Below, one piece after another: positions 18,801 through 27,609 of a DNA stretch of 64,000 bases. Origin of the DNA: a virus. How positions within the stretch are numbered: position 1 is the first letter of the stretch; each line of letters starts with the position of its first letter. Below the pieces are notes generated by a model. The model did not search any database, was not told the DNA's origin, and saw only the letters and a list, made by a program, of their open reading frames with translations. A program made the translations under genes and the position numbers. The stretch lies in the IMG/VR virus record IMGVR_UViG_3300035663_000004, positions 23,524-87,523 of that record, one strand, 5' to 3'.

Positions 18801-21800
18801 AGGACAACAGCGTGGGTCAGAGCAACAGACCTTGATGCAAATACCGAATTAAACAATGGAGTTTTGGTTTACATTAGTCGCGGGACAGCAAATGGAGGCA
18901 AATACTTTAGGCTCGCAACGTCAACAGAACCGCCATTAACCATAACCACAAGCGCTTTAAGCTTTAGCGAAACCCTTGGCGCTGGCGTGACGGACGGCGA
19001 CAAGGATGATATAACGGTATCAAATTCAGGCGCAAACTGGAATATTAGAAACGATAGTGTTACGACTCCAAAAATCCTAAACGGAACAATCCTGTTTGAA
19101 GACATTGGCCAAAACAGCGCATCGCCCGGACAGGTTATCAAGTGGAACGGGACAGCTTGGGCGGCGGCGGCCGACAATACAGGCGGATCGGGTTCGACTG
19201 ATTTAAGCTGGACGGGCGCTTCTTCGCCTTATACGCTTAATAGTTCTTCTGGCACGGATGTGGATTTCGCGCAAGGCGGCGGCATAACGCTTTCAACAAG
19301 CGGGGCAACCTTGACTATTGCGGCTACGGATCAGTCCACGACAAACGAATTACAGACACTTTCTACGGCTACAAATACGGTAACGCTAAGCAATAGCGGC
19401 GGCAGTTTTACGATTGCAGGCGGCGGCATAAACGCTGCTTCAACATCGGGTTCTACTATTACAATAACCGGAACAGAGGTGGATGGCTCAACGACAAATG
19501 AGATACAAGACCTTTCGCTTTCAGGCCAAACGCTTTCTTTGAGCAGCGACGCTACAACGGTGACGCTTCCGGTTATCGCGGTATCGGCTGGAACTGGAAT
19601 ATCCACAAGTTCTTCCGGCGGCACGGTGACGGTGACTAATTCGGCGCCCGACCAAACAGTAGGAATAACCGGAACCGGAATAACAGTAGTTTCTAATTAC
19701 CCAAACTTTACTCTTACGGCGGCCGATCAGTCAGCCTCAAACGAAGTGCTAACAATTTCCGATGGCACAAACACCGAGGCTCTGGGCGGTCAAACATTAA
19801 CAGTTGCAGGCGGTGGTATCAATACGGCATCCTATAATGCTACAACCAATACGCTTACGATTAGCGGCACCGAGAATGACGGATCAACCTCAAACGAAGG
19901 TATTTTAGGTGTAGGCGCTGGATCGGGAACAACCGCTACAATTACAACAAACACAACAACCGGGAATGCTGTAACTATCGCGGGCGGTGGTATTGTGGCT
20001 ATTACAAAAACAACAGGTACGAACGGCGGCACTATTACTATTACCGGCACCGAGGCGGATGGCTCAACTACGAATGAATTGCAAACGCTTTCCACGGCAA
20101 CAAATACCGTTACACTCAGTAACAGCGGCGGAAGTTTTACAATCTCTGGCGCTGGCATTAATACGGCATCTACTTCCGGCTCAACTATAACTATAACAGG
20201 AACCGAGAACGACGGCTCAACTACAAATGAACTTCAGACGTTAAGTACGGCGACAAACACCGTTACGCTTTCTAATTCAGGCGGCAGCTTCACAATAGCA
20301 GGTGGTGGTATCAATACAGTATCCACAAGCGGGTCAACTATTACTGTTACTGGAACTGAAAACGACGGCTCAACCACAAACGAACTGCAAACAATCGCCA
20401 ACACATCCGACGCAACCAGTCATACGGTGACGCTGTCTAATTCGGGCGGGTCGGTGCAGTTGATTCAAGGCGCTGGTATTGATCTTACAACAGGCGGGAA
20501 CAGCGGCGCGGGAACGGTTACGATTGCGGCCACAAATAGCGGCACGGTTACATCGGTAGGCATCACCGCACCGGCCGCCGGCATAACCGTAAGCAATAGC
20601 CCTATCACGTCGAGCGGGAATATTACACTTGCGCTTGCGGATGATTTAGCGGCGGTAGAGGGATTAACGAGTATAGGTGTTGCTGTTAGAACCAATAATG
20701 TGCCGCCAACATGGACAACAAGGTCTTTAACGGTAGCTAATCCTATTTCTATACAAAACGCTACGGGCGCAAGCGATAATCCGTTTATATATTTAAACAA
20801 TGGAGATTACGGCGATATAAGCATTGCAAACTCTAATTTGCCCCTCGGGCTTCGTGGCGATGTTTGGACGATTGATGCCAACGTAGTAGATTCAACAAAC
20901 GTCGGCAACAATACGTTGAGCGTTGACGATATTAACGGCGGGTGGGGCGTTCAAACCGGGTCTGTATTGAAATGGAACGGGACAAACTGGCGTCCGGGAA
21001 CAGACGAAACAGGCGGCGGCGGCGGCGGCGTGACCGACGGCGACAAAGGCGACATAACGGTATCCGCTTCCGGCGCTACGTGGACGATTGATAACACCGT
21101 TGTGAATTACGCAAAAATCCAAAACATATCCAACACAAACCGCATTTTAGGCCGGGCAACGGCCGGGGCTGGATCAGTCGAAGAGATAACAGTTGGTGGC
21201 GATTTGACCCAAAGCGGGTCAAATTTTACGGTTGCTAACGACGCCATCACTTTTGCGAAAATGCAGAACAGCGCAGCCGCCGGGCTTTCGGTAGTTGGGC
21301 GAAGCGCAAACAGCGCCGGGGATTTCGCCGAAATAAACGCGGGCACAGACGGCTTTGTGTTGCGCAGGTCGGGTACTACTTTGGGCTTTGGGACGGTGGC
21401 GACGGCGGGGATTGCGGACGCGGCGGTGACTTACGCAAAAATCCAAAACGTAGCAGGTAACAGCGTGTTGGCTCGTACTGCCAGCGGATCGGGCACCCTT
21501 AGCGAGGTGGCGCTTTCGGCTTCTAATTTGTTAGGTCGCGGTAGTACGGGTAATGTGAGCGCGATTACGTTGGGTAGTAATTTGTCTATGTCGGGCACAG
21601 CCCTTAACACGACCGGGCATCCAACAATCACGGGAACGCCAACGACAAACGCGATACCGAAATGGACATCAAGTTCGGCGCTGGGTTCGACGATTGTCCA
21701 AGAGTCAATTTCTGGCGCGGACACGATCATTCAGATCGTTGGCCGGGACGCTTTGCGGTTGCCGCTGGGGACTACGGCGGAGCGGCCGGGAACGCCTACT

Positions 21801-22700
21801 ATTGGTATGACGCGCTATAATACTACTAATGGGGCGTTTGAGTATTATGACGCGGACGCGTGGGAAACGCCGCTGATTTCGGCTACGGGTACGGGACTTG
21901 GTACGGCGGGAAATGTGTTTTTTGCGGATGCGAATGGGCGGGCAAGCGGATCAACAAACCTTTTTTGGGACGCGACTAATAGCAGGCTGGGTGTTGGGAC
22001 AAGTTCGCCGCAAAGTCAGTTTCACTTTGTAACGAACGTTTCAGGCGACCCATCAAACTTCGTTGTAGAGCGATACACAGCAAACGCAAACATTATCCAG
22101 CGCCGCGCGAACGGAACTATTGCGTCGCCAACAGCCTGCCTTAATGGAGATGTATTGGGCGCAAACGCTTTTCGTGGCCATAACGGGACGGCGTTCGCAT
22201 CCCTTTCATCTGTAGTCATGCTTGCTGTTGCTACGGAAAACTGGACAACCTCTGCAAATGGCGCGAGGTTTACAATTAACACGATTCCTAACGGGGCAAC
22301 TTCAGGAAGTGCACGATTTACAATTAACCACAACGGCAACGTAAATATTGGTAGCGGCACAAGTCCTGAAAACAGGTTGCAAATTGAAGGCACCCTCGGT
22401 CGCAACGCGCCCGTATCAACTGACGCCACAGCATACGTCATGACAAATGACGTATCTACCACGTGGCTAATTTGTGACGAAACAGCAACAACAACGATCA
22501 CCCTTCCGGCGGCATCAAGTTGGAGCGGCCGCGAACTCACAATCAAAAATATCACCGCTTTTGCGGTGAACTCAAACGCGTCTAACGTTTTGCCTATTGG
22601 CAGCAATACGGCGGGAACGGCGATACTTTCAGCAACGGCTGGATCGTGGGCGCTGCTGGTATCAAATGGCACGAACTGGGTTATAATGCAACGCGGATAA
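15843..22700 (+). CDS. giant Thr/Ser/Gly-rich fibre/adhesin-like protein with Sec signal peptide (probably an A/B hybrid across the junction)
   Basis: MNQKFFLSALFVFSCGIAGA|Q; repeated DGDK.DITVS and TNE(I/L)Q modules; tail-fibre-like ATTANITLSGTQTIDGV..RVLVKNQ..SQNGLY domain; C-terminal TLPAAS..GRELTIKN..LVSNGTNW. Confidence 0.85.
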   Translation: MNQKFFLSALFVFSCGIAGAQGIVKGSGIIYSDSIPTHSVDTLKEAEIALDVRTGNYYQWSRDSVKWVFSGFRVEIKPGACSAPTYIPGRNQSYFVSDTCGTFYFYNDTLWRQVKGTIADGDKGDITVSGNGLNWNIDAGTIGATELASTSVAPGTYSNATVTVDADGRITNAVNGPTGARGIYDGSGTTGDSTVVASIKKEIQFRSDSTDASFLVDFTPNDLYGTNAAVRPDSLNFLFFNLTGSSRLVIKSDGISAITNTANPSLRLTGNPAIYSADYSPFTDRELPDYAAVKKIVVDSVQVITVTNDTAYLSRSGGIIPLKKYAQVIDTFSRLNDTLFISLSNDNAPAVSAIIDGSSTNEIQDLSLSGQTLSLSNDPTTVTLPVIGVSGGTGITTSSSGGTVTVTNAAPDQTVSISGSGITTVTGTYPVFTVTSTENDGSTSNEGSLTVGAGIATTSVISSNTSGSTNVTIEAGSNITLSESGNTITIASTAAGVTDGDKDDITVSGSGANWNIRNDSVTSPKILDGTIALADMGANSVDSTKVGDKTLSLSDLNGAWGVQNGFVLKWNGSNWRPGADNTGADGNGIYGGDGDIPTGTDATLPLNSFFRFEWPSGNTAFIMDDFGDTVYLADPSLASSVLVSASKVGLRSTGNIELWGGTGGAKLRMLEPTGSGTNYTEIQVGAQSTDITYTLPTTTGSNGQYLQFTTGGQLQWSTVAAGVTDGDKDDITVSGSGANWNIRNDSVTSPKILDGTIALVDMGANSVDSTKIGDKTVSLSDLNGAWGANAGSVLKWDGNNWRPGTDNNTDAQTLSINSTTVGSSERFAVSISSGNTVNFDVPQGTVTSVGITQPAAGITVTNSPVTTSGNISLALANDLGAVEGLTTNGIAVRTGDNTWTTRSIAGAADPSSTALPTINDFNGVNGNPTISISTSTSTTKLTALVATTANITLSGTQTIDGVALSADNRVLVKNQNTASQNGLYVVRTTAWVRATDLDANTELNNGVLVYISRGTANGGKYFRLATSTEPPLTITTSALSFSETLGAGVTDGDKDDITVSNSGANWNIRNDSVTTPKILNGTILFEDIGQNSASPGQVIKWNGTAWAAAADNTGGSGSTDLSWTGASSPYTLNSSSGTDVDFAQGGGITLSTSGATLTIAATDQSTTNELQTLSTATNTVTLSNSGGSFTIAGGGINAASTSGSTITITGTEVDGSTTNEIQDLSLSGQTLSLSSDATTVTLPVIAVSAGTGISTSSSGGTVTVTNSAPDQTVGITGTGITVVSNYPNFTLTAADQSASNEVLTISDGTNTEALGGQTLTVAGGGINTASYNATTNTLTISGTENDGSTSNEGILGVGAGSGTTATITTNTTTGNAVTIAGGGIVAITKTTGTNGGTITITGTEADGSTTNELQTLSTATNTVTLSNSGGSFTISGAGINTASTSGSTITITGTENDGSTTNELQTLSTATNTVTLSNSGGSFTIAGGGINTVSTSGSTITVTGTENDGSTTNELQTIANTSDATSHTVTLSNSGGSVQLIQGAGIDLTTGGNSGAGTVTIAATNSGTVTSVGITAPAAGITVSNSPITSSGNITLALADDLAAVEGLTSIGVAVRTNNVPPTWTTRSLTVANPISIQNATGASDNPFIYLNNGDYGDISIANSNLPLGLRGDVWTIDANVVDSTNVGNNTLSVDDINGGWGVQTGSVLKWNGTNWRPGTDETGGGGGGVTDGDKGDITVSASGATWTIDNTVVNYAKIQNISNTNRILGRATAGAGSVEEITVGGDLTQSGSNFTVANDAITFAKMQNSAAAGLSVVGRSANSAGDFAEINAGTDGFVLRRSGTTLGFGTVATAGIADAAVTYAKIQNVAGNSVLARTASGSGTLSEVALSASNLLGRGSTGNVSAITLGSNLSMSGTALNTTGHPTITGTPTTNAIPKWTSSSALGSTIVQESISGADTIIQIVGRDALRLPLGTTAERPGTPTIGMTRYNTTNGAFEYYDADAWETPLISATGTGLGTAGNVFFADANGRASGSTNLFWDATNSRLGVGTSSPQSQFHFVTNVSGDPSNFVVERYTANANIIQRRANGTIASPTACLNGDVLGANAFRGHNGTAFASLSSVVMLAVATENWTTSANGARFTINTIPNGATSGSARFTINHNGNVNIGSGTSPENRLQIEGTLGRNAPVSTDATAYVMTNDVSTTWLICDETATTTITLPAASSWSGRELTIKNITAFAVNSNASNVLPIGSNTAGTAILSATAGSWALLVSNGTNWVIMQRG
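21021..21537 (+). repeat. direct repeat, left copy
   Basis: 517 bp matching 63484-64000 with 11 mismatches; identical from 21411 onward. Confidence 0.97.
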
Positions 22701-22715
22701 AACAAACATTAAAAT

Positions 22716-23348
22716 ATGAAACACATCCTTTTCCTTCTCCTTTTCCCGGCTGCCTTGTTGGCGCAAGATCAACCGGACACAACCGCCGTCACCTATGAAA
22801 ACCGGGGCGGCATCTTTTACACCGTCACGAAAACAACGTTTCAATCCGGGCGGATCGTGACCGAAGAAACGCCGCTTGGCGCGGACACAGCAGGCGTGGT
22901 AAACGCCATTATCGGGCCGGTATTCACAGCCACAACCGACGCCGCAAACAAGGCTATACAGGTGGCACGGCTTAACCGGGTGCGGCAACAGGTGGTGGCG
23001 GCCAACGCGGCGCTCAACGGGCTTGTTGGACAGGATTATTTTAGCGTGGTACAGAACGCCGTTGGCCAGGAATTTTTGCCGGATTCATTACAAAGTATCC
23101 CGGCTACTATGCGCGTTGACGGCGGCTCTCCCATCACCGCATCAATCCGGCGAAACGCCGCCGGGCGCTTGGTATTTAGGCAGGGAACGCAGAACTTTAC
23201 GCTGGATATCGTTAGCCGTAATTGGATACGCTTGCGGCGCTATCAGGGTACGGAAACGCTGGCGACAGACGCCGTGATTGTTGATCTGTTCAAAGAAACT
23301 GAAGGGCGCTGGATTTCTCTTGATCTTAAATATAATCTGCGAAAATAA
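22716..23348 (+). CDS. secreted hypothetical protein (Sec signal peptide)
   Basis: MKHILFLLLFPAALLA|Q. Confidence 0.75.
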   Translation: MKHILFLLLFPAALLAQDQPDTTAVTYENRGGIFYTVTKTTFQSGRIVTEETPLGADTAGVVNAIIGPVFTATTDAANKAIQVARLNRVRQQVVAANAALNGLVGQDYFSVVQNAVGQEFLPDSLQSIPATMRVDGGSPITASIRRNAAGRLVFRQGTQNFTLDIVSRNWIRLRRYQGTETLATDAVIVDLFKETEGRWISLDLKYNLRK

Positions 23349-24466
23349 TGGCGAACAAAAAAATTTCCGAACTTGAACCCGGCCAACAGGTAGTTGCGGA
23401 CACGCAGTTACCCGGTTCACTGGGCGCGCAGACGTTCAAGTACACGGCTGACCAACTGGCTGCCTACGTTCAATCTAAGGACACGGCGGGCGATATTGAC
23501 GGGCCGCTGACCGGTGCCGAAGTAGTCGGCATTCGCGGGCGCTCGGTATCTGCGACGGAGCCAACGAACGGGCAGATATTGCAATGGAACGGTACGGCAT
23601 GGATCCCGGTCGCTGCGCCTGCCGCTGCGTTCACGCCGGTGGTATACGAATATAGCAACCCCGTTACCAACGAACTGCTTACAATCCCGACCGGCGCAAC
23701 GCTCATAGATATTATTTGCATCGGCGCTGGCGCTGGCGGCGGTTCCGGGCGCCGGGGCGCTGCGGGGACGGTTCGCTGTGGCGGAGGCGGTGGCGGTTCC
23801 GGTACTTTTTCTACCATCACGGTACGCGCGGGCGATATTGACGGGCCGCTAAAAGTTACGGTCGGCGCTGGAGGGAGCGGTGGTACAGCCCGTACAGTGG
23901 ACAGTACAGACGGCGCGAACGGTAGCCCTGGCACGTCTTCGCAGGTTACGTCGAACACGAACGCGATATTGTGTTTTGCGCTCCGAGGCGGAGCGGGAAT
24001 AGGGGGTACCACATCAAGTGGCCCTGGCGGTGCTGCTGGTACGTCTGGCGACTTTCAAGGCAGCGCCGGCAATTCGGCGTCAACAAGCGGCGGAGCGGGG
24101 CAGGACGCAGGCGCTGCTTCGTCGAGAGGCCCGTCGGGTGGCGGCGCTGGTGGCGGTATTACATCCGGCAACGCCGCATCGGACGGTAGCAGCGGGCAGT
24201 CGGTGGTTCACGGGCAAATCTTGGTCGTGAACCGGGGCACGGTCGCAAACCCAAACGCGTCCGGGGGGTATTCGCCGTTACAGGGGCAAACAACTGGCGG
24301 CGGCGGCGGCGGCGGTGGAGCGTCCAGCCTAACCGGCGCTGGAGGACTTGGCGGTAACGGCGTACGCGGCGGCGGTGGCGGTGGTGGTGGTGCGAGTGTG
24401 AACGGAAACAACTCCGGCGCGGGCGGCAACGGCGGCAATGGTTACGTGCGTATAATCTTTTTGTAA
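23348..24466 (+). CDS. glycine-rich virion fibre/structural protein
   Basis: MANKKISEL N-terminus; GQILQWNGTAW; IGAGAGGGSG...GGNGGNGYVRI Gly-rich domain. Confidence 0.8.
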   Translation: MANKKISELEPGQQVVADTQLPGSLGAQTFKYTADQLAAYVQSKDTAGDIDGPLTGAEVVGIRGRSVSATEPTNGQILQWNGTAWIPVAAPAAAFTPVVYEYSNPVTNELLTIPTGATLIDIICIGAGAGGGSGRRGAAGTVRCGGGGGGSGTFSTITVRAGDIDGPLKVTVGAGGSGGTARTVDSTDGANGSPGTSSQVTSNTNAILCFALRGGAGIGGTTSSGPGGAAGTSGDFQGSAGNSASTSGGAGQDAGAASSRGPSGGGAGGGITSGNAASDGSSGQSVVHGQILVVNRGTVANPNASGGYSPLQGQTTGGGGGGGGASSLTGAGGLGGNGVRGGGGGGGGASVNGNNSGAGGNGGNGYVRIIFL

Positions 24467-24467
24467 T

Positions 24468-24590
24468 ATGAACATGAAAAAAATTATCCGGGCATTTTGG
24501 GCGGCGGTGTTCTGTGCAGTAATACTGCCCACCGTCGCGCTGGCAGCCGTCACGATGAAAGCAGCGTCCGGCATGGACGCAGACGTATAA
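24468..24590 (+). CDS. 40-aa hydrophobic peptide
   Basis: MNMKKIIRAFWAAVFCAVILPTVALAAVTMKAASGMDADV; stop overlaps the next ATG. Confidence 0.45.
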   Translation: MNMKKIIRAFWAAVFCAVILPTVALAAVTMKAASGMDADV

Positions 24591-24796
24591 TGGACGTAAC
24601 ATCCGAACTTGCAGACATTATCGGGCCGCGCCGGGCGGGCGAAGCAATAGAAGCGCTATGCATTATTGCGGAAAACCTGCGCGGAGATCACCCGCACGCA
24701 CGCATGGTGCTGGTGTTCGACGGCGTCAGCGCGCCACAATGGGGTAAGGCGATTGACCGGACGCGCATTGAAGATGAGGAGGCGAAACCGGGCTAA
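24590..24796 (+). CDS. hypothetical protein
   Basis: Start MDVTSELADII coupled to the previous stop. Confidence 0.5.
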   Translation: MDVTSELADIIGPRRAGEAIEALCIIAENLRGDHPHARMVLVFDGVSAPQWGKAIDRTRIEDEEAKPG

Positions 24797-24919
24797 TCGT
24801 GCCAGACCCGGCTAATTGCGGCGAATCCGCCCTAATTAAGTTTTGCCGGGAAATTGAAAAAAATACCGTAACTTCGCAGCGCGAAACACACAAACCAACG
24901 CTAACGAAAAAACAATAAT

Positions 24920-25123
24920 ATGTTAACTGAAATTATCAAAAAAAACTGGCTTACTACCGCAATCGGCGTGCTGCTGATCGGCGGCGCAATCGGTGACGCT
25001 GCCGTGTGCATCGTGAACGGCGGCGGGCTATTCGAGTGCGTGCAGGCGGCGTGGGTAGAAATCCTGGCTGCCGTCGGGTTCATTTCCGCTAAGGACGCCG
25101 CGCCGGAAATTCCGGGGAAATAA
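24920..25123 (+). CDS. holin-like two-TM protein
   Basis: KNWLTTAIG...GFISAKDA pattern. Confidence 0.6.
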   Translation: MLTEIIKKNWLTTAIGVLLIGGAIGDAAVCIVNGGGLFECVQAAWVEILAAVGFISAKDAAPEIPGK

Positions 25124-25156
25124 CCCCCAAACTTGTAACAATCAAAACAAATATAC

Positions 25157-26581
25157 ATGCCCGCATCATATCTTCATGGGGTAGAAACCATTGAAATCCA
25201 AAAAGGCGCGCGCCCGGTGCAAGTCGTGAAATCGGCCGTTATCGGTCTGGTCGGCATCGCTCCGAAAGGCACGCCCAATTCGCTTACCCTGGTGCTGAAT
25301 GCGCAGGAAGCCGCGACGAAGTTCGGCAGCGAACTGCCGGGGTTTTCAATTCCGCAGGCCCTGTCCGCAATCTATGCACAGGGTGCGGGAACGGTTCTGG
25401 TAGTGAACGTTTTCGATCCGGCGACCATGACGACCGCCGTAACAAACGAAACGAAAACAATTACGAACGGCAAGGCGAAAACCACGAATGCCCCAACAAA
25501 CACGGTGGTCGTGACGAACAACGCAGGCACAACGACCTACGTCGCTGGCACGGACTACTCGATTGACGACTTCGGAAACCTGACGGTACTGAACTTCACC
25601 TCCATTGCCGAGAGTAGCGCAATTAAGTTCGCCTATTCGCACCTGAACGCATCCGCGATCACGCCGTCAGTAATTATCGGCAGCGTGAACGGTTCCGGCG
25701 TTCGCACCGGGTTCAAGTCCCTTGCGCTGGCTTACTCGACGTTCGGATACACCCCGAAGGTGCTTATTGCGCCGAACTACTCGCAGGAATCCACCGGAGC
25801 CGTTGCTGCTGAAATGATTGCCCAGGCCGAAGCGCTGAAGGCGGTCGCAATTATTGACACGCCGAACAACACGACGGTGGCAACGGCACTCACAGGCCGC
25901 GGGCCGTCGGGTACGCTGGCAGGCTGGAAAACCAGCAGCAAGCGCGCCGTATTGGCATACCCTAACGTGAAGGTGTACGACGCCGCTACTGACGCCGTGC
26001 AGGTTCGCCCGTATTCCGGGTACCTCGCTGGTGTTATCGCCGCAACCGACCTGAATGAGGGTTACCATATTAGCCCGTCGAATCACGAAATTCAGGGCGT
26101 AGTCGGGCCGGAGCGTACGATCACGGCTGCAATTAACGACGCATCCACGGAGGCCAACGCGCTGAACGAAGTCGGCATCGTGACGCAGTTCAACTCGTTT
26201 GGCACCGGCCTGCGCGTCTGGGGCAACCGCTCCGCATCGTGGCCTACCAACACAGCGCCGGATAACTTCATCCCGGTTCGCCGGACGGCTGATATCCTGC
26301 ACGAATCCGTAGAATACGCGATGCTGCCGTTCATTGATAAGCCGCTGAATCAGGCTACCATTGACGCGATCCGCGAATCCGTGAACGCGTTCATCCGTAC
26401 GCTGATTCAGCGGGGCGCGCTGATTGACGGGAAATGTATCTACAACAAGGACAAGAACCCGGCAACCGAACTGGCACTGGGACACGTCACGTTCGATATC
26501 GAGTTCCTGCCGCCGACGCCCGCCGAACGGATCACGTTCGAGAGCTTCATTGATATTAACCTTTTCCGCTCACTCGCATAA
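25157..26581 (+). CDS. contractile tail sheath protein (P2 FI-like)
   Basis: YLHGVETIE..AVIGLVG; SPSN; LNEVGI; G.RVWGNR; FIPVRRT; P.PAERITF. Confidence 0.95.
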   Translation: MPASYLHGVETIEIQKGARPVQVVKSAVIGLVGIAPKGTPNSLTLVLNAQEAATKFGSELPGFSIPQALSAIYAQGAGTVLVVNVFDPATMTTAVTNETKTITNGKAKTTNAPTNTVVVTNNAGTTTYVAGTDYSIDDFGNLTVLNFTSIAESSAIKFAYSHLNASAITPSVIIGSVNGSGVRTGFKSLALAYSTFGYTPKVLIAPNYSQESTGAVAAEMIAQAEALKAVAIIDTPNNTTVATALTGRGPSGTLAGWKTSSKRAVLAYPNVKVYDAATDAVQVRPYSGYLAGVIAATDLNEGYHISPSNHEIQGVVGPERTITAAINDASTEANALNEVGIVTQFNSFGTGLRVWGNRSASWPTNTAPDNFIPVRRTADILHESVEYAMLPFIDKPLNQATIDAIRESVNAFIRTLIQRGALIDGKCIYNKDKNPATELALGHVTFDIEFLPPTPAERITFESFIDINLFRSLA

Positions 26582-26594
26582 TTAACAGAAAAAA

Positions 26595-27113
26595 ATGAGT
26601 ATTCAAGTTAACCGCCTTACCAACGCTAACGTGTACGTTGACGGCGCAAACATGATCGGGCGGGCGGAAGAGGTTACCCTGCCGAGTATCACGCACAAGA
26701 TGGTCGAGCACAAGGCGCTCGGTATGATCGGGCTGACTGAATTTTTCGCCGGGATCGACAAGATGGAGGCGAAAATTAAGTGGAACTCGTTCTACCCTGA
26801 CGCGATGAAAAAGGCCGCCAACCCGGTAACGTCTGTGAAGTTGCAGGTACGATCCAGCCTGGAGGTGTACACCGCCGAAGGCCGAATTGAGCAGCAGCCG
26901 GTCGTGTGTTTCCTGACATGCCAATACAAGGGGTTCCCTATGGGCAATTTCAAGCAGCACGACAACGTCGAACTGGAAAGCAACCTTTCCGTGTATTACT
27001 GCCGTCTGGAAATCAATGGCGAAGAAATCACGGAAATTGACGTGCTGGCCAATATCTACAAGGTGGCGGGCGAGGACATTCTCGCGCAATACCGCAACAA
27101 CCTCGGAATCTAA
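26595..27113 (+). CDS. major tail tube protein (P2 FII-like)
   Basis: NANVYVDG..IG.AEEVTLP; EIDVLANIYKV.G.D. Confidence 0.93.
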   Translation: MSIQVNRLTNANVYVDGANMIGRAEEVTLPSITHKMVEHKALGMIGLTEFFAGIDKMEAKIKWNSFYPDAMKKAANPVTSVKLQVRSSLEVYTAEGRIEQQPVVCFLTCQYKGFPMGNFKQHDNVELESNLSVYYCRLEINGEEITEIDVLANIYKVAGEDILAQYRNNLGI

Positions 27114-27215
27114 TTGGAGGCCGGGGCGGCGACGAGGAAAAAAAGCCGAAAAGCCCGGCGCGTGCATAACGTGCCGGGCTTAACTACGGATATTACACAT
27201 ACCAACACACACACT

Positions 27216-27467
27216 ATGACAGAAATCACACTACCGTCCGGGGCGACGGCAACGATCGAGCCGGGGAAAGGTCGGCACGTTCGACAGGCGCAGAAAATGA
27301 GTGAGGGCGACAATTCCATGTATCTGAACTGCATGATGGCGCAACTTGTAACGGTGAACGGTGCGCGCCTGGTTCCTGAGGACTTCGACGAAATGCCGGC
27401 CGGTGACTACTTTGAGTTGCTGGCGAAATTTTCGGAGCAAAATTTTTCGTCAGCCCAAAGCAAATGA
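27216..27467 (+). CDS. tail assembly chaperone (GpE-like)
   Basis: Between tube and tape measure genes; ED.DEM...DY; start MTEITLPSG. Confidence 0.8.
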   Translation: MTEITLPSGATATIEPGKGRHVRQAQKMSEGDNSMYLNCMMAQLVTVNGARLVPEDFDEMPAGDYFELLAKFSEQNFSSAQSK

Positions 27468-27589
27468 TGTTTCTCGCGCATTTTTCCGGCTGGTCGTACA
27501 GCGATATAATGGAAATGCCGAGCGATGAGTTGTTTTTTTGGGCTGTCGAAGCCGAAAAATTGCACCGCGAAATCAATAGAACAGAATAA
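27464..27589 (+). CDS. GpE'-like chaperone extension, probably via -1 frameshift
   Basis: MMFLAHFSGWSYSDIMEMPSDELFFWAVEA in the -1 frame, open from AATTTTT at 27441. Confidence 0.75.
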   Translation: MMFLAHFSGWSYSDIMEMPSDELFFWAVEAEKLHREINRTE

Positions 27590-27609
27590 TACCACACACA
27601 CCCGCACCA

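Larger units (their letters stand above)
1..21410. mobile_element. Phage A, partial genome of a large Bacteroidota phage (right boundary approximate, at or beyond the shared repeat)
   Basis: Endolysins, short early ORFs, phage chaperonin, fibre gene; no cellular housekeeping operons; TAnnTTTG promoters. Confidence 0.8.
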
